This document shows positions 26,501 through 40,988 of a stretch of 64,000 bases of DNA, in pieces. Origin of the DNA: Phoronis australis. Lineage: Eukaryota > Animalia > Phoronida. The DNA lies in contig NMRA01001044.1 of assembly GCA_002633005.1 (NCBI GenBank), positions 767 through 64,766 of the forward strand. The letters are read 5' to 3'. How positions within the stretch are numbered: the stretch's first letter is position 1; each line of letters opens with the position of its first letter. The translations under genes were made by a program, and so were the position numbers. Below the pieces are notes generated by a model. It was not told where the DNA came from. It saw only the letters and a list, made by a program, of their open reading frames with translations, and searched no databases.

Positions 26501-27337
26501 TCATAGCTGAGATATCTGTATTGACATGTATTGTTTAATGTATTTTAAACATGGAATGTTGTTTTCATACAATTTATCAATTGTGTGTTAAAATTAAAAT
26601 GCTTGTAATGTCTTTTGAGCTGATGTGTTACAAAGTCAGAATAAAAAATGATATTGATCCACATGCTCTTATTCATTATTACTTTACTTTTGTTTATGTA
26701 GTGAGTATTATTTATTATTCATATTTATTTTATTCCGTGTCTTTCAGCAACAAGAACTATGATAAAAATATGACAAAATATTATGCTAAAATATTATATA
26801 AATTACTGTTGTATTTACTTGATTCTGGAGCTATACTTAGAAAACCATGTGGAAAATGTCATTCTATTAAATTCAGGCGGTTGCTTTCATACCAGTCTTA
26901 GCCCTGGCAAAGTCTTAATCAATTAAAGTTAAATATCAAAATAATTAAATATTATCATAATTGCATAAACTTCCATGTAAATACAAATGATGTTTCCTCA
27001 AGATTGATATTGTATTGTATTGCTATGCTTACAAAGGGATCTGAAAAATATTGAATGGCATTTGCTTTCATTCTAGTATTATTGCATCACGATGATTATC
27101 GAATTGGCCATAACATCATCAAAAATTATGTTTTCCTCAAGTAAATTATAAATTTAATTCACAAAAATTGGTTTTATGTCTAAAAACGTGTTTTTATTCA
27201 AGTTAGTTACCAAAGGCTCAGACCTGGTTTGAGGGTCTCCGAATACAACTTGGTCTCCAGCTAATAGGTGGCGCTGTTCCAAATGTGTGACTAGGCAAAT
27301 TACACTAGGACGGCCATCTTGGGATATAGTATCTTTG

Positions 27338-27470
27338 GTTGTACTCCGCGTTGCTCGAACAGCTAGAAAAAATACGAACACTCTGTTTTACAATCCCTAA
27401 GGACGTTGGGATTCGGAAGCGTTTGGTCCTTGCCATACGCCGCGACGAAGGAAAATATGTCCGTGTAAAA
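27338..27470 (+). pseudogene. THAP-domain remnant of a DNA transposon
   Basis: CTPRCSNS*KK then, frameshifted, LCFTIPKDVGIRKRLVLAIRRDEGKY, resembling the THAP C-x3-C ... F-P-K-D...W..AIRR pattern. Confidence 0.5.
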
Positions 27471-27799
27471 TTTATTTACTGTTTTCGAATCATAATTTGT
27501 CGCATCTTGGACAGGATGCTGCCATAGCAACGAGGACCGGAGAATCTTCGGTCAGCCAGGCTGTGTTTTCATGACTATGGGTTGAAGCGCGATGCATTTT
27601 TCTTTACAAAAAGGACAGGGCCCTCAATCCTTCAATTTTGGGGCCTAATATCGGCCCTATTCCCCTCTCAAAAATATTGAAAAGTCACGTAAAATTCCCG
27701 GCCACAAGGCCTAAAAGTCTCCTTTGTGATTGAAAATTTCTCTCCAACGGTTCAAATCACCTATGACCACAGAGGTGACAATTTGAAAAAGTAAAAAAT

Positions 27800-28325
27800 C
27801 ATAGGTGGATTTAGAGGGGGGGACAGGGGCCCGACCCCCTCCCCCCTTGACTGCCGCAAGCAAAATAAACCAGCAAAACGTGAAACGGGAGGAAACTTGT
27901 ACTGCAATTCGAGCTAAGACCGGTAGCGGACGAGGGGGAAAACTGACGTTTTATTTTTTTTTAGTCCAACGACAGATTTCCTGAGCAGAAGGTATACATC
28001 CTCGGCGCCCGCAACTTCAGGGCCGCCTGCGTGCATACACATGTCGTGAACAACTCCACTAAAACAACAATCTGTAGGAACACCGTATTTATCCACCTTC
28101 ACTCTTATCAGGCTTCTATTGTGAGTCAGCATGCGGGAATAATTGGCTGATAAGCCACCTGTGGAACTACTTTTAGCTGAATAGATGACCAGGCCATAAA
28201 ATGATGATTAGCCAAGACAAGTTAAATAATGCAGGCATGGAATAGGCAATCGCGCTTTGCCCGCTTCTCCGAGGATGTCGCCCCCCCCCTCACTAGCCCT
28301 ATATGGTATCCTAGATCAGCCACTG
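27800..28325. mobile_element. G-rich CAGKGGCGGATCYAG-type non-autonomous element; related ends at 28522, 29682-29841, 41959
   Basis: Imperfect TIR CATAGGTGGATTTAG ... CTAGATCAGCCACTG with subterminal G/C runs. Confidence 0.5.
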
Positions 28326-30358
28326 AAAATGCTAGTTGAGACAGAGCTATGAGAGCTTGCAAAAGGGCGGGGTGCTATTGATGGTGATCAGGAGGTCAGC
28401 AGAGTTTTCACTGACCCGTCACTGGGTGAAACGTTCCCCTCTCAGAAGGCCGCACACACGAGGCACCTTTCCCCTCGGATATGAACGAGGCCTCTGAAGA
28501 AGCATGATAACTATTCTTGTTCCAGGGGGGATCCAGGACTTTGAGTTGNCTTGGTAATATTTTCATTGTACCGGATGGTAGTGTATGTTCCCTCGAACCA
28601 CATACATTATCCATGACAACTATTTATATATTGGCAAAATCAAATTTATTGTCTTTAATATTGCAGTTATTCCAGAACATTAGTACTGTAGAAGTGCTAG
28701 GTCTCATAGCTGAGATATCTGTATTGGCATGTATTGTATAATGTATTTTAAACATGGAATGTTGTTTTCATACAATTTATCAATTGTGTGTTAAAATTAA
28801 AATGCTTGTAATGTCTTTTGAACTGATGTGTTACAAAGTTAGAATAAAAATGATATTGATGCACATGCTCTTATTTATTATTACTTTACTTTTGTTTATG
28901 TAGTGAGTATTATTTATTATTCATATTTATTTTATTCCGTGTCTTTCAGCAACAAGAACTATGATATAAATATTACGTAATATATGACAAAATATTATGC
29001 TAAAATATTATATAAATTACTGTTGTATTTACTTGATTGTGGAGCTATACTTAGAAAACCATGTGGAAAATGTCATTTTATTGAATTCAGGTGGTTGCTT
29101 TCATACCAGTCGTAGCCCTGGCAAAGTCTTAGTCAATTAATGTTAAATATCAAAATAATTAAATATTATCTTAATTGCATAAACTTCCACGTAAATACAA
29201 ATGATGTTTCCTCAAAATNTGGCAAAGTCTTAGTCAATTAAAGTTAAATATCAAAATAATTAAATATTATCTTAATTGCATAAACTTCCACGTAAATACA
29301 AATGATGTTTCCTCAAAATTGATATTGTATTGTATAACTATGCTTACAAAGGGATCTGAAAAATATTGTTATTCATTTGAATGGCATTTGCTTTCATTCT
29401 AGTATTATTGCATCACAATAATTATCGTATTGGCCATAACATCATCAAAAATTATGTTGTCCTCAAGTAAATTATAAATATAATTCACCAAAATTGGTTT
29501 TATGTCTAAAAACGTATTCTTATTCAAGTTAGTTACAATCTTCACCACAGTCTCAGACCTGGTTTTGAGGGTCTCCGAATATAACTTGGTCTCCACCTAA
29601 TAGGTGGCGCTGTTCCAAATATGTGACTAGGCAAATTACACTAGGACGGCCATCTTGGGATATAGTATCTTTGGTAGTATTCAGGGGCAGCTCAAGGATT
29701 TTTAGATAGGAGGGGGGCAGGGCAGAGTATTACACAGGATTTTACCCGTAAGATATTTGCACCCTCAAACAGCCAAATGAAATCTGGGAGTTTTAGAGGG
29801 GCCACAGACTGGCCCCCTTGCCCCCCCCAAATCCACCAATGTGATCTTGTGATTTGATATGAAATTTCCTCCTAACTCATATGTATTGATTTCTGAGCTG
29901 ATGTGGTGTCTTTGCTCGTTACCTTTTAAGCTGTGTAATCCATTGTTTTCATCAAACATGATGAGCCTGTACTATTTGTAGTATATGCTAACAACACACT
30001 TAAACAGCAATATCTCTGTAGAAATCGATCCAGATTTTATATAATATACACCACCACGTTTGTCTCAATGAGACGAATCTTTTTATATGCAGCACATGTA
30101 TATTCTTTTATTTTTTACGAAATTATGTAAAAAGGCAGATATTTTACGCATAATCGTCGTGTTTCAATGGCCATTTTCTCGTCAACCGCTCATCCAAATT
30201 TTCTGATTTCTGCACCATTTCATTTCTTACACCAAGGGATTTTCAAAAATTTATGTCACCTGGGTATTATAAAAAATTTAAGAAAAACGTTGTCCTCCCT
30301 ACCAAAAGTCCAAAACTTGAGACTTGCGGCATCTTCAGTCTTCATCACCAAGGCTCAA

Positions 30359-32020
30359 AGGGTGAGCAAACCAATATGGCTGAAATTCAGCAAGAGCGAA
30401 ATTTTGCCATTTTTCATGATTTTCACAAGCTCATATCTATTAGCATACTAAGTGGTGGAAAATGAAAAGTATGCCAGTGAAATATTTAATTTTTCTTCTT
30501 TCTATTGATACCCATTACAAAAAATTGGGCATTAATGAGTATTTTTAAAAATGAAGTAAAGCGAGCACCTCACAAATTTTTCACTCACCGGTAAATTCTT
30601 GTGACTTTCAGTAGGTGTCAAACTTTCAGCTGTTAAATGGCCGTTACTGAACCGATTTTAATGATATTTATAGCAAACTGTTAAATGGCCGTTACTGAGC
30701 CGGTTTTAATGATATTTATAGCAAACTGTTTGCTACAAAATTCTGCTTTCAACCCTGAGTGTACACTTTTTATTTTTTTGACAAAAATATGAGAAAATGT
30801 ACTTTTTTTAATTTACTGCCTCGCCACTCTCTCACCTGGAAAAAATCCTGAAAGTGTACACTCATGTCATAATCACTTATCATGTCCTAATCCATTCCTG
30901 ATCAAATTTTTTCACTTTATCTCACCATTTCCATTTAGGAACACTTAGGTAACTTCAGTCATTTTTCAAGAACCATGTTGACCTTTCCAGGGTTCAAACT
31001 AAACTCGAACCTGATTGGTCAAATGTATTCAACAGAACCAGTCAAAACTTCTCTAAATTACAAAAAGTGGCCCAAGCCTGGTAAAATATTTTCATTAAAA
31101 TAATATAAAAAACATTCTTAGAAAATTAAATATTACACCAAAATAAATGTTCAGTCTATACTGCAGTGCATCAAAACATTTTAGAATACAAATATGCTGT
31201 TTTTGGATAGTCACCAACACAACACCTCTCAGTTTCTATATTATTTGACAGGAATGAAATTGATTTGAAATTCGGTGAAATTTTAGGGTCCAATTTAATT
31301 TTGTTTAATTAAAAATGCATATTATCATTTTTTGTCATTTGGTGTGCAACTTAAGATTGTGAAAACATTGATCTTACTTGGGAAAAAATATAAATTTACA
31401 TAACCTCACAGGTTTTTAAATGAATAACGAAATACTCTGAAAACAGAGTTTTTTGGTTTTTGCTCATTTTGAATTCACTTGTTATGCAAATTTCATTTTT
31501 TAGAATTATTTCAAAATCTTTTGGAGCAAAAGAAAGATGTTTACTAAACCATAATAATTCTTGAAGTGTTCTGTCATTTTCAAGGTAATAAGTTGCTTTC
31601 TTTTTAAAACATCACTTGTTCAACTTAGCTTCAGGGGCAAAAATGTCGTGTCACAAGTCGATGGTGAACTTTTCAATTTTTGTTGTTCTTGTTCACGCAA
31701 AATATGATAATTTGTGGTTTGGTGTCTATGCCATGTTGATAACCTACTTGCAAAGGACTTTCCATCTTGTTTTAAGAACATTGTGAGCTATGGATTCCCA
31801 AATATAGTTGTCTAAACTTGCCATTTTCTGTGGACTGAAATTTCTGGGTGGCGTTGGCTGAGAAAAGGCCATTTTTTAGGCTCTAAAATTCAAATAACTC
31901 GAGAATCGCCCAACCGATTTTAAAAATTCAAAAAGTTGTATAAACGGCATGTCTAAAGCTATCATTTAACACTCTGTTCAAGTGTTTCTGAAGAAATTTG
32001 TATTTGGGTTTGCTCACCCT
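30359..32020. mobile_element. Possible non-autonomous TIR element
   Basis: Perfect 14-bp inverted repeat AGGGTGAGCAAACC / GGTTTGCTCACCCT. No TSD recognised. Confidence 0.35.
30630..30729. repeat. 48-bp tandem duplication
   Basis: CTGTTAAATGGCCGTTACTGA(A/G)CCG(A/G)TTTTAATGATATTTATAGCAAA x2. Confidence 0.9.
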
Positions 32021-33751
32021 ATCAACCACAGGCGTCCTCAGCTTCTGATCGTCCCCAATACACTACATATAATATAGGCAATGACCATCGCCTCTGTTGG
32101 CCCGAAGCAGAGGCGATGCAGAGGCTATAGGCGCTCTGTACGCCGGAAGCTTTTCGGCGAATTATGCCTCACACCGACTAAACCATCAAAGTCACGTTGT
32201 TATAAGTACCTTTTGCGCATAGAGGAACACCTTAGGAGGTTGTCGATGTGTTTAATTCCTTCCAACTCGAACAAATACTCCCGTTATGAAACTTTTTCTT
32301 CGCGCTGTCCCTATTTCAGTTCCCAAAATCGTGAAATCAAAATTTTCATTTTTTTTAACCAGGCCGAAGGTCAGAAGTTGCGATCCTACCGGTGAACTTT
32401 GAAAGCTGAAGTTCCCGCCCTTTGCGTATGTGCTGCCGGGAACCAGCCGTGCATTTGCCGTGTTGTTAAACATTAAAATGTCAAATATGTGCACAAAGAC
32501 TATTAAGAGACAGTCCATATAAAAACCAGTAGATTTTCAAAAATCAGTCTATACGTCAAAATTTAAAACTTCATTTTTTGTACATGGTTAGGTATCCTAA
32601 CATAAACCCAAATGCCAAATTTTGTGCACTCAATGACCCCTAATTTCGCCGCTGAGCATGATAACACAAATTGGCACAATTGGGCATATTAGCCGTATCA
32701 AAAATCGCATGTTTTTAGCAACAAAAATGAGTAACATACAAAATAGATCAAAAGCTATATTTTGGTGGCTGAAATAACCAAAGTATACTGTACATAATTC
32801 TGTGCCATTTATTAATGAATCTGACAGTTTTGTGCTAGACAGGGGAGATAATCCACAGACCACTTTTTGGGGCTAATTTTAGTGGCCATTTTTGTGACCT
32901 TCATACTGCCATAAAACACCTTGCAGCCTTATGTGATGTTTTGAACATACAGTTAAAGAGTTAGTCTTAAGGACTGAGCAATAAAAAATCTTGCCTCAAC
33001 TTTGCACCTTGGTGAAAATTGTCTTGCAAAACTGTCTATTTTCATAGTTTGGAAATGACGAGCAGAGTTTACAGACCATTTGAATAAACCTTTAGGCAAG
33101 AAGTTTGCTTTAAATAGTTATAGAAACCAAGTCTAAACTCTTTCAAATGAAAACAAGATGTTTTCCGGGTTTATTACGCGGCTAGTATCAAACTTGAACC
33201 CAATGACCTTTGTCCACTGAGGGAGTCAGTTGANCGTCAGATTTACTGAATGAAGTGGTAAATGAGCTCAACGTTTAGTTTTGTAGCATACCAGTCAAAG
33301 ATGTGTGATATATGAAGTCGAGAGCGTTACTTCTGTTTGCTTCATGTCTGTCATGAATGAGTCATTAATAAAATTGTCTCTCGTGAATTATTTTCTATTG
33401 ACTGTGAATGTTTACCTTTTTATACCACTGATGATCACACTGACAGAAATATTCAGCGTTAGGGTAACCGGTGTGTGGGGGGAACACCAGATTTCTGGCG
33501 ACTGGTGGCGACTAAAATGTGTAGCAACTAGCAGGGACATTACAATATGAGCCCAAAGTTACAATGACTATTGACAAGTTGAAGGATTTTTTGCACTGAA
33601 CACTAGGGAGCCATATCCACCTTGGGTGCCTTCCTTTGCCTGTGGCACGAACAAGGCAGATAGAAAACAAGGCAGGGGTGAGTTCAGTAACACTAGAACT
33701 TCTCTAAAATTTATCCAAAACCACGTGTTCTCATTTAAAATGCAGGACAAT

Positions 33752-34185
33752 CCCCTGCGAAATGTTACCATGGTTGACCATGGTTAAGCACGGTAAAGCA
33801 CAGTCAACCATGGTTCAACCATGGTTAAACCAAGGTTAACCGTGCTTGACCATGCTTCTGACCACAGTCAACCACGGTCAAACCATCGTCAACCATGGTT
33901 GCCTTTTCCACAAATTGTCAACCATGGTTGACTATGCTTCTCACCATGGTCAACCATGGCCAAACCACTGTCAAACCACGGTCAACCATGGTTGCCCATT
34001 TTAAAAATGGACAACCATGGTTGACTGGCATCTGACCATGGTCAACCATGGCCAAACCATAGTCAACCATGGCCAAACCATAGTTAACCATTGTTGCCTT
34101 GGTCTATAAAGAGGCAACCATGGTTAACTATGCTTTCGACCATATTCAACCATGGTCAGAAGTATTCCTTATCCCAACTAGCAGG
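33752..34185. repeat. AACCATGGTT palindrome-rich minisatellite, probably the interior of a short-TIR element
   Basis: Dozens of CCATGG / AACCATGGT variants at ~10-bp spacing, bounded by CCTGCGA ... TAGCAGG. Confidence 0.8.
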
Positions 34186-36539
34186 TCTAGTTGACCAGAG
34201 CAGGTTATACATGACACTCTTGGACAGGGAGTAACTATAATTGTGTCTAATTGCCTGACCCTACAATATAAAATGCAAAATGCTGGCCAACTAGAAAATT
34301 GGAATTGCCAAGCAGTAATTAAATTGAAAAGGAAACTCATTAACATTGTTAAATGGAATTCTTCTAAAACAGCAAAAAACATGAAAATTATTTGACTAAA
34401 TATAAGCAATTGTGCATGTTTTATGATCATTCCTGTACAAAGTTAGACTGACCTACAGAAAGTTGTATCACACTTACCAACTTTTAAAATATCCCCACAA
34501 GATGCATTGTCTAAAATTATTTGATAGTCAACTGAATCATCACTAATGTTGAACTGCCCTAAGGGTTTTCCAAATGTTTATTTTATGCTGGCCCAGCTAC
34601 ATGTACATGTTGAACAGCCTGGGAGTGTTATCAGCAAACATGTGTTAACAATTGGTTGTCAAGGTTACATTCCTGGAAAGTGACCCATGCAAACCTTTGA
34701 CAGGCATTTCAAATTTTAAACGGTTGTGGTTCAGCAAGGACTCTGGTTTAGTGAAGAAATGGCTTGGTAAGTTTTGACTTCAACACTGTATTTGTATTGA
34801 TATGACTGTAAATTAACATATTTCATTCTTAATAAGTAGTTTTGGTCTTACAAACAAAAGGGAGTTGTTTTTTGAAACTGATTCTGTGGCTGGTTTAATG
34901 GCATGATTCATCTGTGCTCAAATTTAAGTTAAACTTCAGAGCTAGAGTTCGTGTAATTCTATGATTTAAACAAAGGCCTAAATTACCTTGATTTCAAAAT
35001 CTTTTTTATCAACCAAATTGCCATGTATTTGTAATGGGTTTTGAAAAAAATAATGTTTGGTCTTTTCAAAAATTGATGTGGGGGGTCATTTTTTTCTTCA
35101 ACGCATTAAATAACTTGTGTCCCCTTGAAAAAAGAATATAATTTTATTTTCAAAAAGTTCCACCCTAAAATTGGTCTCAACTTGTTTAATATACTTGGAT
35201 GAGAATAGAAATGATTTTAATGGTCTTGCAAAGAGCTGCTAACTAGACCAGTTGTTCTGTGATTAAAATGTCTAGAAATCTATTTTGCGAGCCAAGTCTG
35301 AAACAATTACATTACAAATTTTCAATACTTTCCAAACCGTGAGATTACGTCTTTATTTTAATTGTCCAAAGCGCAATTCTAGATTTATTTTATGATTGAT
35401 TAACTAAATTATCAAAGCATTTCTGCATTTTCTGTACAGAAATGGATGAAAATCCTACTAATTTACTTGATGTCATCTAACTGGAATTTTTTCAACTTTT
35501 CTTTAGTCAACCGAAGACTTCGAAAACATGCATGATGAAGTAAACTCAGATGGCAAGTGAAAGTTCTTGAGAGCCAGCCACCAATGCTATTGTGGCAGTC
35601 CCCAATGCCTATGGTGGCAAAAAGATTATGGAGAGTGACATTAGTCTTACGTCAGTGGACCTCAAGTGCTGATTAGATCTTGAGTGGCCTGCATTTAAGG
35701 ATTTGGAGTCACACCAGGATTCTGCTTTTCTGGCAGCCAATATTTTGTTGCTGCAGCTCTTTATACCCCGGAATGCCTCTTAACACATCTCATCAAAAGT
35801 CATAAGTGTGTGGACGTATTGTATGGACTTTTTTGTTCTGAGATGAAAGGCAATTTTTACCTGGACCTAAAAGACATAACTCCTAAGGATCAAGCAGTAA
35901 AAAAGTTTAAGATAAAAAGTGGATACCTTTTAAATAAGGCAAGTTAAAAAATGAATACCCTTCAAGCATAGTCAAGACGGACTTATAGATTGGTGCATGT
36001 TAATAGGAACACTTCTTGTATTTATAAAGTACTTTACATGCTAGGCAAAACATATTTCACGATACCGTAACATAGATGAAATATTTTGGGAATTGTGAAT
36101 TCTAATTTTGAACCGCCGTTTTACACATTGTTGTAAGTTTTGGTTCTTCGTGATGATGCTCAGTGTGAAAACAGAAAATTGTTGGTGCCATATATTTTAC
36201 AAAATCTTGCATTTTTTGTTCTATTGCATGAAGGTGCTTTTTAACATNAGGAGGCCTTCCGCAGGCAAAATTTGAAAAACTAGTTGTGCATTTTTTTGCA
36301 TTCTACAAGTTTAGTCATCATAGACGAGGCCTTAATCCAAGCATCATCCTCGACGTGACGCCCATAGAACTTAGGTTTAGTAAACTAATTTGTATAATAA
36401 AACTTGGCCGTTTTAGTTATGATGATGATTTATTGTATTCAAATTCAAGTCTTTTATTAAGCATGATGGTCTGTCCATCGTGTTGAAAAGAATGCGGTGC
36501 AGCTGTTGCCACATTTCAACACTCTGTGTTGCTCTTGTT

Positions 36540-36975
36540 GTTGTTTTTGAGTTTGTTTTTTGGCATCCGCCCCTCTATCAACCAAACCATTCTAAGGATG
36601 GTTATGAAAATTGGCACGCATGTTCCTAGTATGAAGAAGACGACTGACGATTTAGGGACAACTCTGAGTACTGTGGCGTCTTCTAGGCAAATAGGTTTCT
36701 ATTTAAATAAGCGGTGACGATTTGACATAATGCACGCCGCTTAGTTGCCATTTTTACTACGAATCTGTTATGACATCTATCTCTTTATTGGCCAAACCAC
36801 TTACGAATCGTTACGAAAATTGGTATACATGTTCTTACTGGAAAGAGCATCGCTGACAGGGATTTTTAGACAATTTTGACGAATGTGGTGCTTCCTAATG
36901 GCAGTTCTGCTTTTGTCGCACCTACAGCTGTTAACTCCTAAACCCCTGCAGAATATTAGTGAAATTTGACATATG
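36540..36975 (+). mobile_element. Older HINE-like satellite fragment in the opposite orientation
   Basis: GGCATCCGCCCTCTATCAACCAAACC is the reverse complement of the monomer motif GGTTTGGTTGATAGAGGGCGGATGCC. Confidence 0.6.
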
Positions 36976-37594
36976 CATTTCTATGTCAATGTAAGACAAC
37001 AACTTTTGGACTTATCTGACTATACCGCTATTCCGCCTTAAAGCCAATTTTGTATTTTACGATCTTTGCAGGTCTGTTCCTATTGAGGAGAGTATTGCTG
37101 ACTTGCTAGTATGTACCCCCTAAAGGCTATTTTAAGTTTACTAGCAGTGTTTCATTTAGTGGGAATGCTCAATATAGTAATCAATCCTTGTATCTGTTCT
37201 ATATGCGATGTTTGGGGCATATCAAAGCTCTGCATTGCTCGTGTTCACTGTCCCTGTCCTGTACTTATCTACAGATTACACCTTATATTGCAGAAATCCT
37301 CCTCTGTGCTGTATGGGGAGCTCTCGCCATCGCTGGTACATCTTTCCAGTTGTACCGTGAACGCAACAATGCGGACTTCCCTGATTGTCCATACAGGGTC
37401 CATCAAATCAATAGGCAACGTCACATGTCTGCCATCAAGAGGAGCGAGAGAGCGCCACTGTTGGTGAGTGCTGATCAAGCCGTAGGACGACGAAGCCATT
37501 ACGGCACAGACACCCAGCCAGAAGTCATGTGAGCGGCCAACGCCAGTGGTAGTTGAGTTTCATGGAAAATGTTGCATCTACTGACCACAAAGAG

Positions 37595-38522
37595 TTTGTC
37601 TCATCAGATGTGACTTTAGGCTTAAGTTAGACATCTACTGATTGTGAGCTTTTGTCTCATCAGATGTGACTTTAGGCTAAAGTTAGACATCTACTGATTG
37701 TGAGCTTTTGTCTCATCAGATGTGACTTTAGGCTAAAGTTAGACATCTACTGATTGTGAGCGTTTGTCTCATCAGATGTGACTTTAGGCTAAAGTTAGAC
37801 ATCTACTGATTGTGAGCGTTTGTCTCATCAGATGTGACTTTAGGCTAAAGTTAGACATCTACTGATTGTGAGCTTTTGTCTCATCAGATGTGACTTTAGG
37901 CTAAAGTTAGACATCTACTGATTGTGAGCGTTTGTCTCATCAGATGTGACTTTAGGCTAAAGTTAGACATCTACTGATTGTGAGCGTTTGTCTCATCAGA
38001 TGTGACTTTAGGCTAAAGTTAGACATCTACTGATTGTGAGCTTTTGTCTCATCAGATGTGACTTTAGGCTAAAGTTAGACATCTACTGATTGTGAGTGTT
38101 TGTCTCATCAGATGTGACTTTAGGCTTAAGTTAGACATCTACTGATTGTAAGCGTTTGTCTCATCAGATGTGACTTTAGGCTTAAGTTAGACATCTACTG
38201 ATTGTAAGCTTTTGTCTCATCAGATGTGACTTTAGGCTAAAGTTAGACATCTACTGATTGTAAGCTTTTGTCTCATCAGATGTGACTTTAGGCTAAAGTT
38301 AGACATCTACTGATTGTAAGCGTTTGTCTCATCAGATGTGACTTTAGGCTTAAGTTAGACATCTACTGATTGTAAGCTTTTGTCTCATCAGATGTGACTT
38401 TAGGCTAAAGTTAGACATCTACTGATTGTAAGCTTTTGTCTCATCAGATGTGACTTTAGGCTAAAGTTAGACATCTACTGATTGTGAGCGTTTGTCTCAT
38501 CAGATGTGACAAAGTTAGACAT
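37595..38522. repeat. 56-bp tandem array, ~16.5 highly homogeneous units
   Basis: Unit TTTGTCTCATCAGATGTGACTTTAGGCTAAAGTTAGACATCTACTGATTGTGAGC(T/G). Unit starts at 37595, 37651 ... 38491. Confidence 0.97.
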
Positions 38523-40988
38523 TTCATCTTGTTCTCCCTACAGCCATTTAATCTCATTTCGGTGCAGTATAAATAGCCTGAGAATATCCTAATAATTGGT
38601 ACCTAAACTGATCATTTGTTTTGCTTAAATCTGATGTGCTCTCACTTATCAAGCTGAAATTGTATTATAGTTATAAGTCTGCGTTCCAACAAAGAAGCAA
38701 ACATTTGATTTAAAAACTTTCCACTTAAAAATTTGTGTCGACTTGTTCCTTACTAAGATGAGAAATGATTTGTGGGTTTGTTAAGAATCAGCAGTTTAAT
38801 TGACCAATCTGGGCACATCAAGTGACTAGACACTACTCATATCCTACTTATGCAGCCTAGTCTTAGCAATAATGAATTGTAGCATGATAACTATGTCTAA
38901 TTTGACTAAGGAACAAAGCAAAATTGGAGGCCAAATACATTAATGTAAGTGGTTTAAATCAAATGTTGGTTCTTGTTTGGGAAAGAGGGTTGACAACAAC
39001 TTCATGTAATGGCTAGGCTAGTTTGAGGCACTACAGTGTCATCTAGTCACAAGTTAAATTCACATACTCTCACAGTTGTAAACAGCCAACACTGCAACGT
39101 GGCAGCAGCGAATGTTGTCAAGCTATTCTGATAATGGTGGGAATATAAGACAAAATTTCTGCTGTAAGTCAATTTCCATTGGCATGGGCTTCAGGTTTTT
39201 TGGTAAAGGAGACCCTGTTGAAGCATGCCTTCTGATTAAGCAATGTCTACATTCTCGTCTTTTATATTACTTGGACACATTCCTATTATTGTATCGTATA
39301 CTTCTTTACTGGAAAAGCTGTGTGGGAACACATGTCCACAAACTCTGTATGCAACAGTTGATTAAATACTTTTAAGCCATGTATGAAAAGTAAGAGCTGT
39401 GTTTGATTGAGGCATTCCCATGACAGCTGGGTGCAGTCAGCCATGAATAGACACCTAATAAAGCCGTGACAATCTATAGGCACTTTAAAATCACTGCATA
39501 TGGAAATAATGACATGTTGATCCACAATAGTCCAATCAGGTGACACAGGTGGAGAACAGACTGTACAGGTAAAGGTCAAAGTGCATTGCAGGGAAGAGAC
39601 GAGAAATCAAAACAGTTGGAGCTCAAATGAACCAATGTTTCTATTCAGATAGCACTCAGCATGATTCAACCTTATGTGCATAGCCTCCTTTATGAGGCGC
39701 CTGAGGGTGGCATTCTTCTTGCCCAAGATCTGAACACCAGAGTAATCTGTAGTGTAACCAGTGCTAAATGAATGGTTAAGAACACCACTGTGTGTGTCTT
39801 TACATTGTTCTTTGACTCTGATGCTGAGAATCCTTTTGGTTATTCCAATTCTTCATATGTGCCACCTGATTAGAATATTGTGAACTTTTGTCTTGAGAAT
39901 GGTTTAGAGACAATGAACCAAAAGGTACTCCAATATGTCGTTATTTACGTAATGCGCCGATTTTAAAGTTAGCACTCTTATTTTGGCCAAAACCAAATGT
40001 GACAATCTATTCACAGCTGGTCTTTTGTTGGAGGTGGTAGTGTCAACCTTACCACTGTGTTCTGGTTATTACACTGTAGTATCGTATGGAATCTGGTTTG
40101 GGGTAAGCTTGCTAACTGCTAATCAATTGGATTAGGCCAAAAAGCACTGTTGATTTTCGTATTTTTTTGTAAAATTGAGTTTGTGGTCCAACATTTTTTT
40201 AAATGCTCATTTTTTCAAAACAGAAACTCCGTGACGTGGGATTTTTTTGCACATAGCTTGACAAATCATGGCATTTCAAACCTTGCTTACCGTAACTTTT
40301 CAGAAAAAAAAGCGAGAGGTTGGTTGAACTGGATAGGGGTTGCCCTTTTTTTAGTCTTTGTTATTGCAGGTCTGAAAATGGCCTGAATGATTCACTGCCC
40401 TGGTGGTACCTAAGTAAGGGAAAGAACTGGTTGATGTGCATTGCAAAAGAAATTGAGATCAAGTAAGAACTAGAATATACTGATAGTTCTCCAAGTGGTT
40501 GTTGTTATGGTAACCACGGGCATTATGCATCTTCTGCTTATTTTGTTGTCTCAGTGACATGTCAATTTGGGGAGAGTTGATTTGGTTGTACTTTGTTTAC
40601 ATATAAACAGCTTTCTATAATTTGACTTGGTTCATGACAAACACTTTTACAGCCATAGGTCTTCCTCTGTTCCATGTTATGACTAGTGTTTATGATAATT
40701 CTGTATGGAGACAGCTTTGTAGTGTTTTTCTTGGAGTTAACAAGGAATGGTGGCATGTGAAACACTTGTTGAATGTTTTCTGAAAAGAAGCCACTGGAAA
40801 ATGTCTTATGATTTAACTTAAAATTTTGCTACTATAAACTATTTATATTTTGTTAAGCTTTAATAACTTTATTCTGAAATTTTGTATTGAAGAATGTATG
40901 GCAGTGATGCTTTGTTGAATTTGTTTAATAATAATTGTTCAAAATTCAGGTTTCTTCTTTTATCATTGTGCAACATCTCTTATAGACC

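Noticed and set aside
37595-38522. CRISPR array or tandem hammerhead ribozymes (CTGATGA on the minus strand of each 56-bp unit)
   Set aside because: No unique spacers, no cas genes, eukaryotic context. No GAAA core strand follows the putative stem II.
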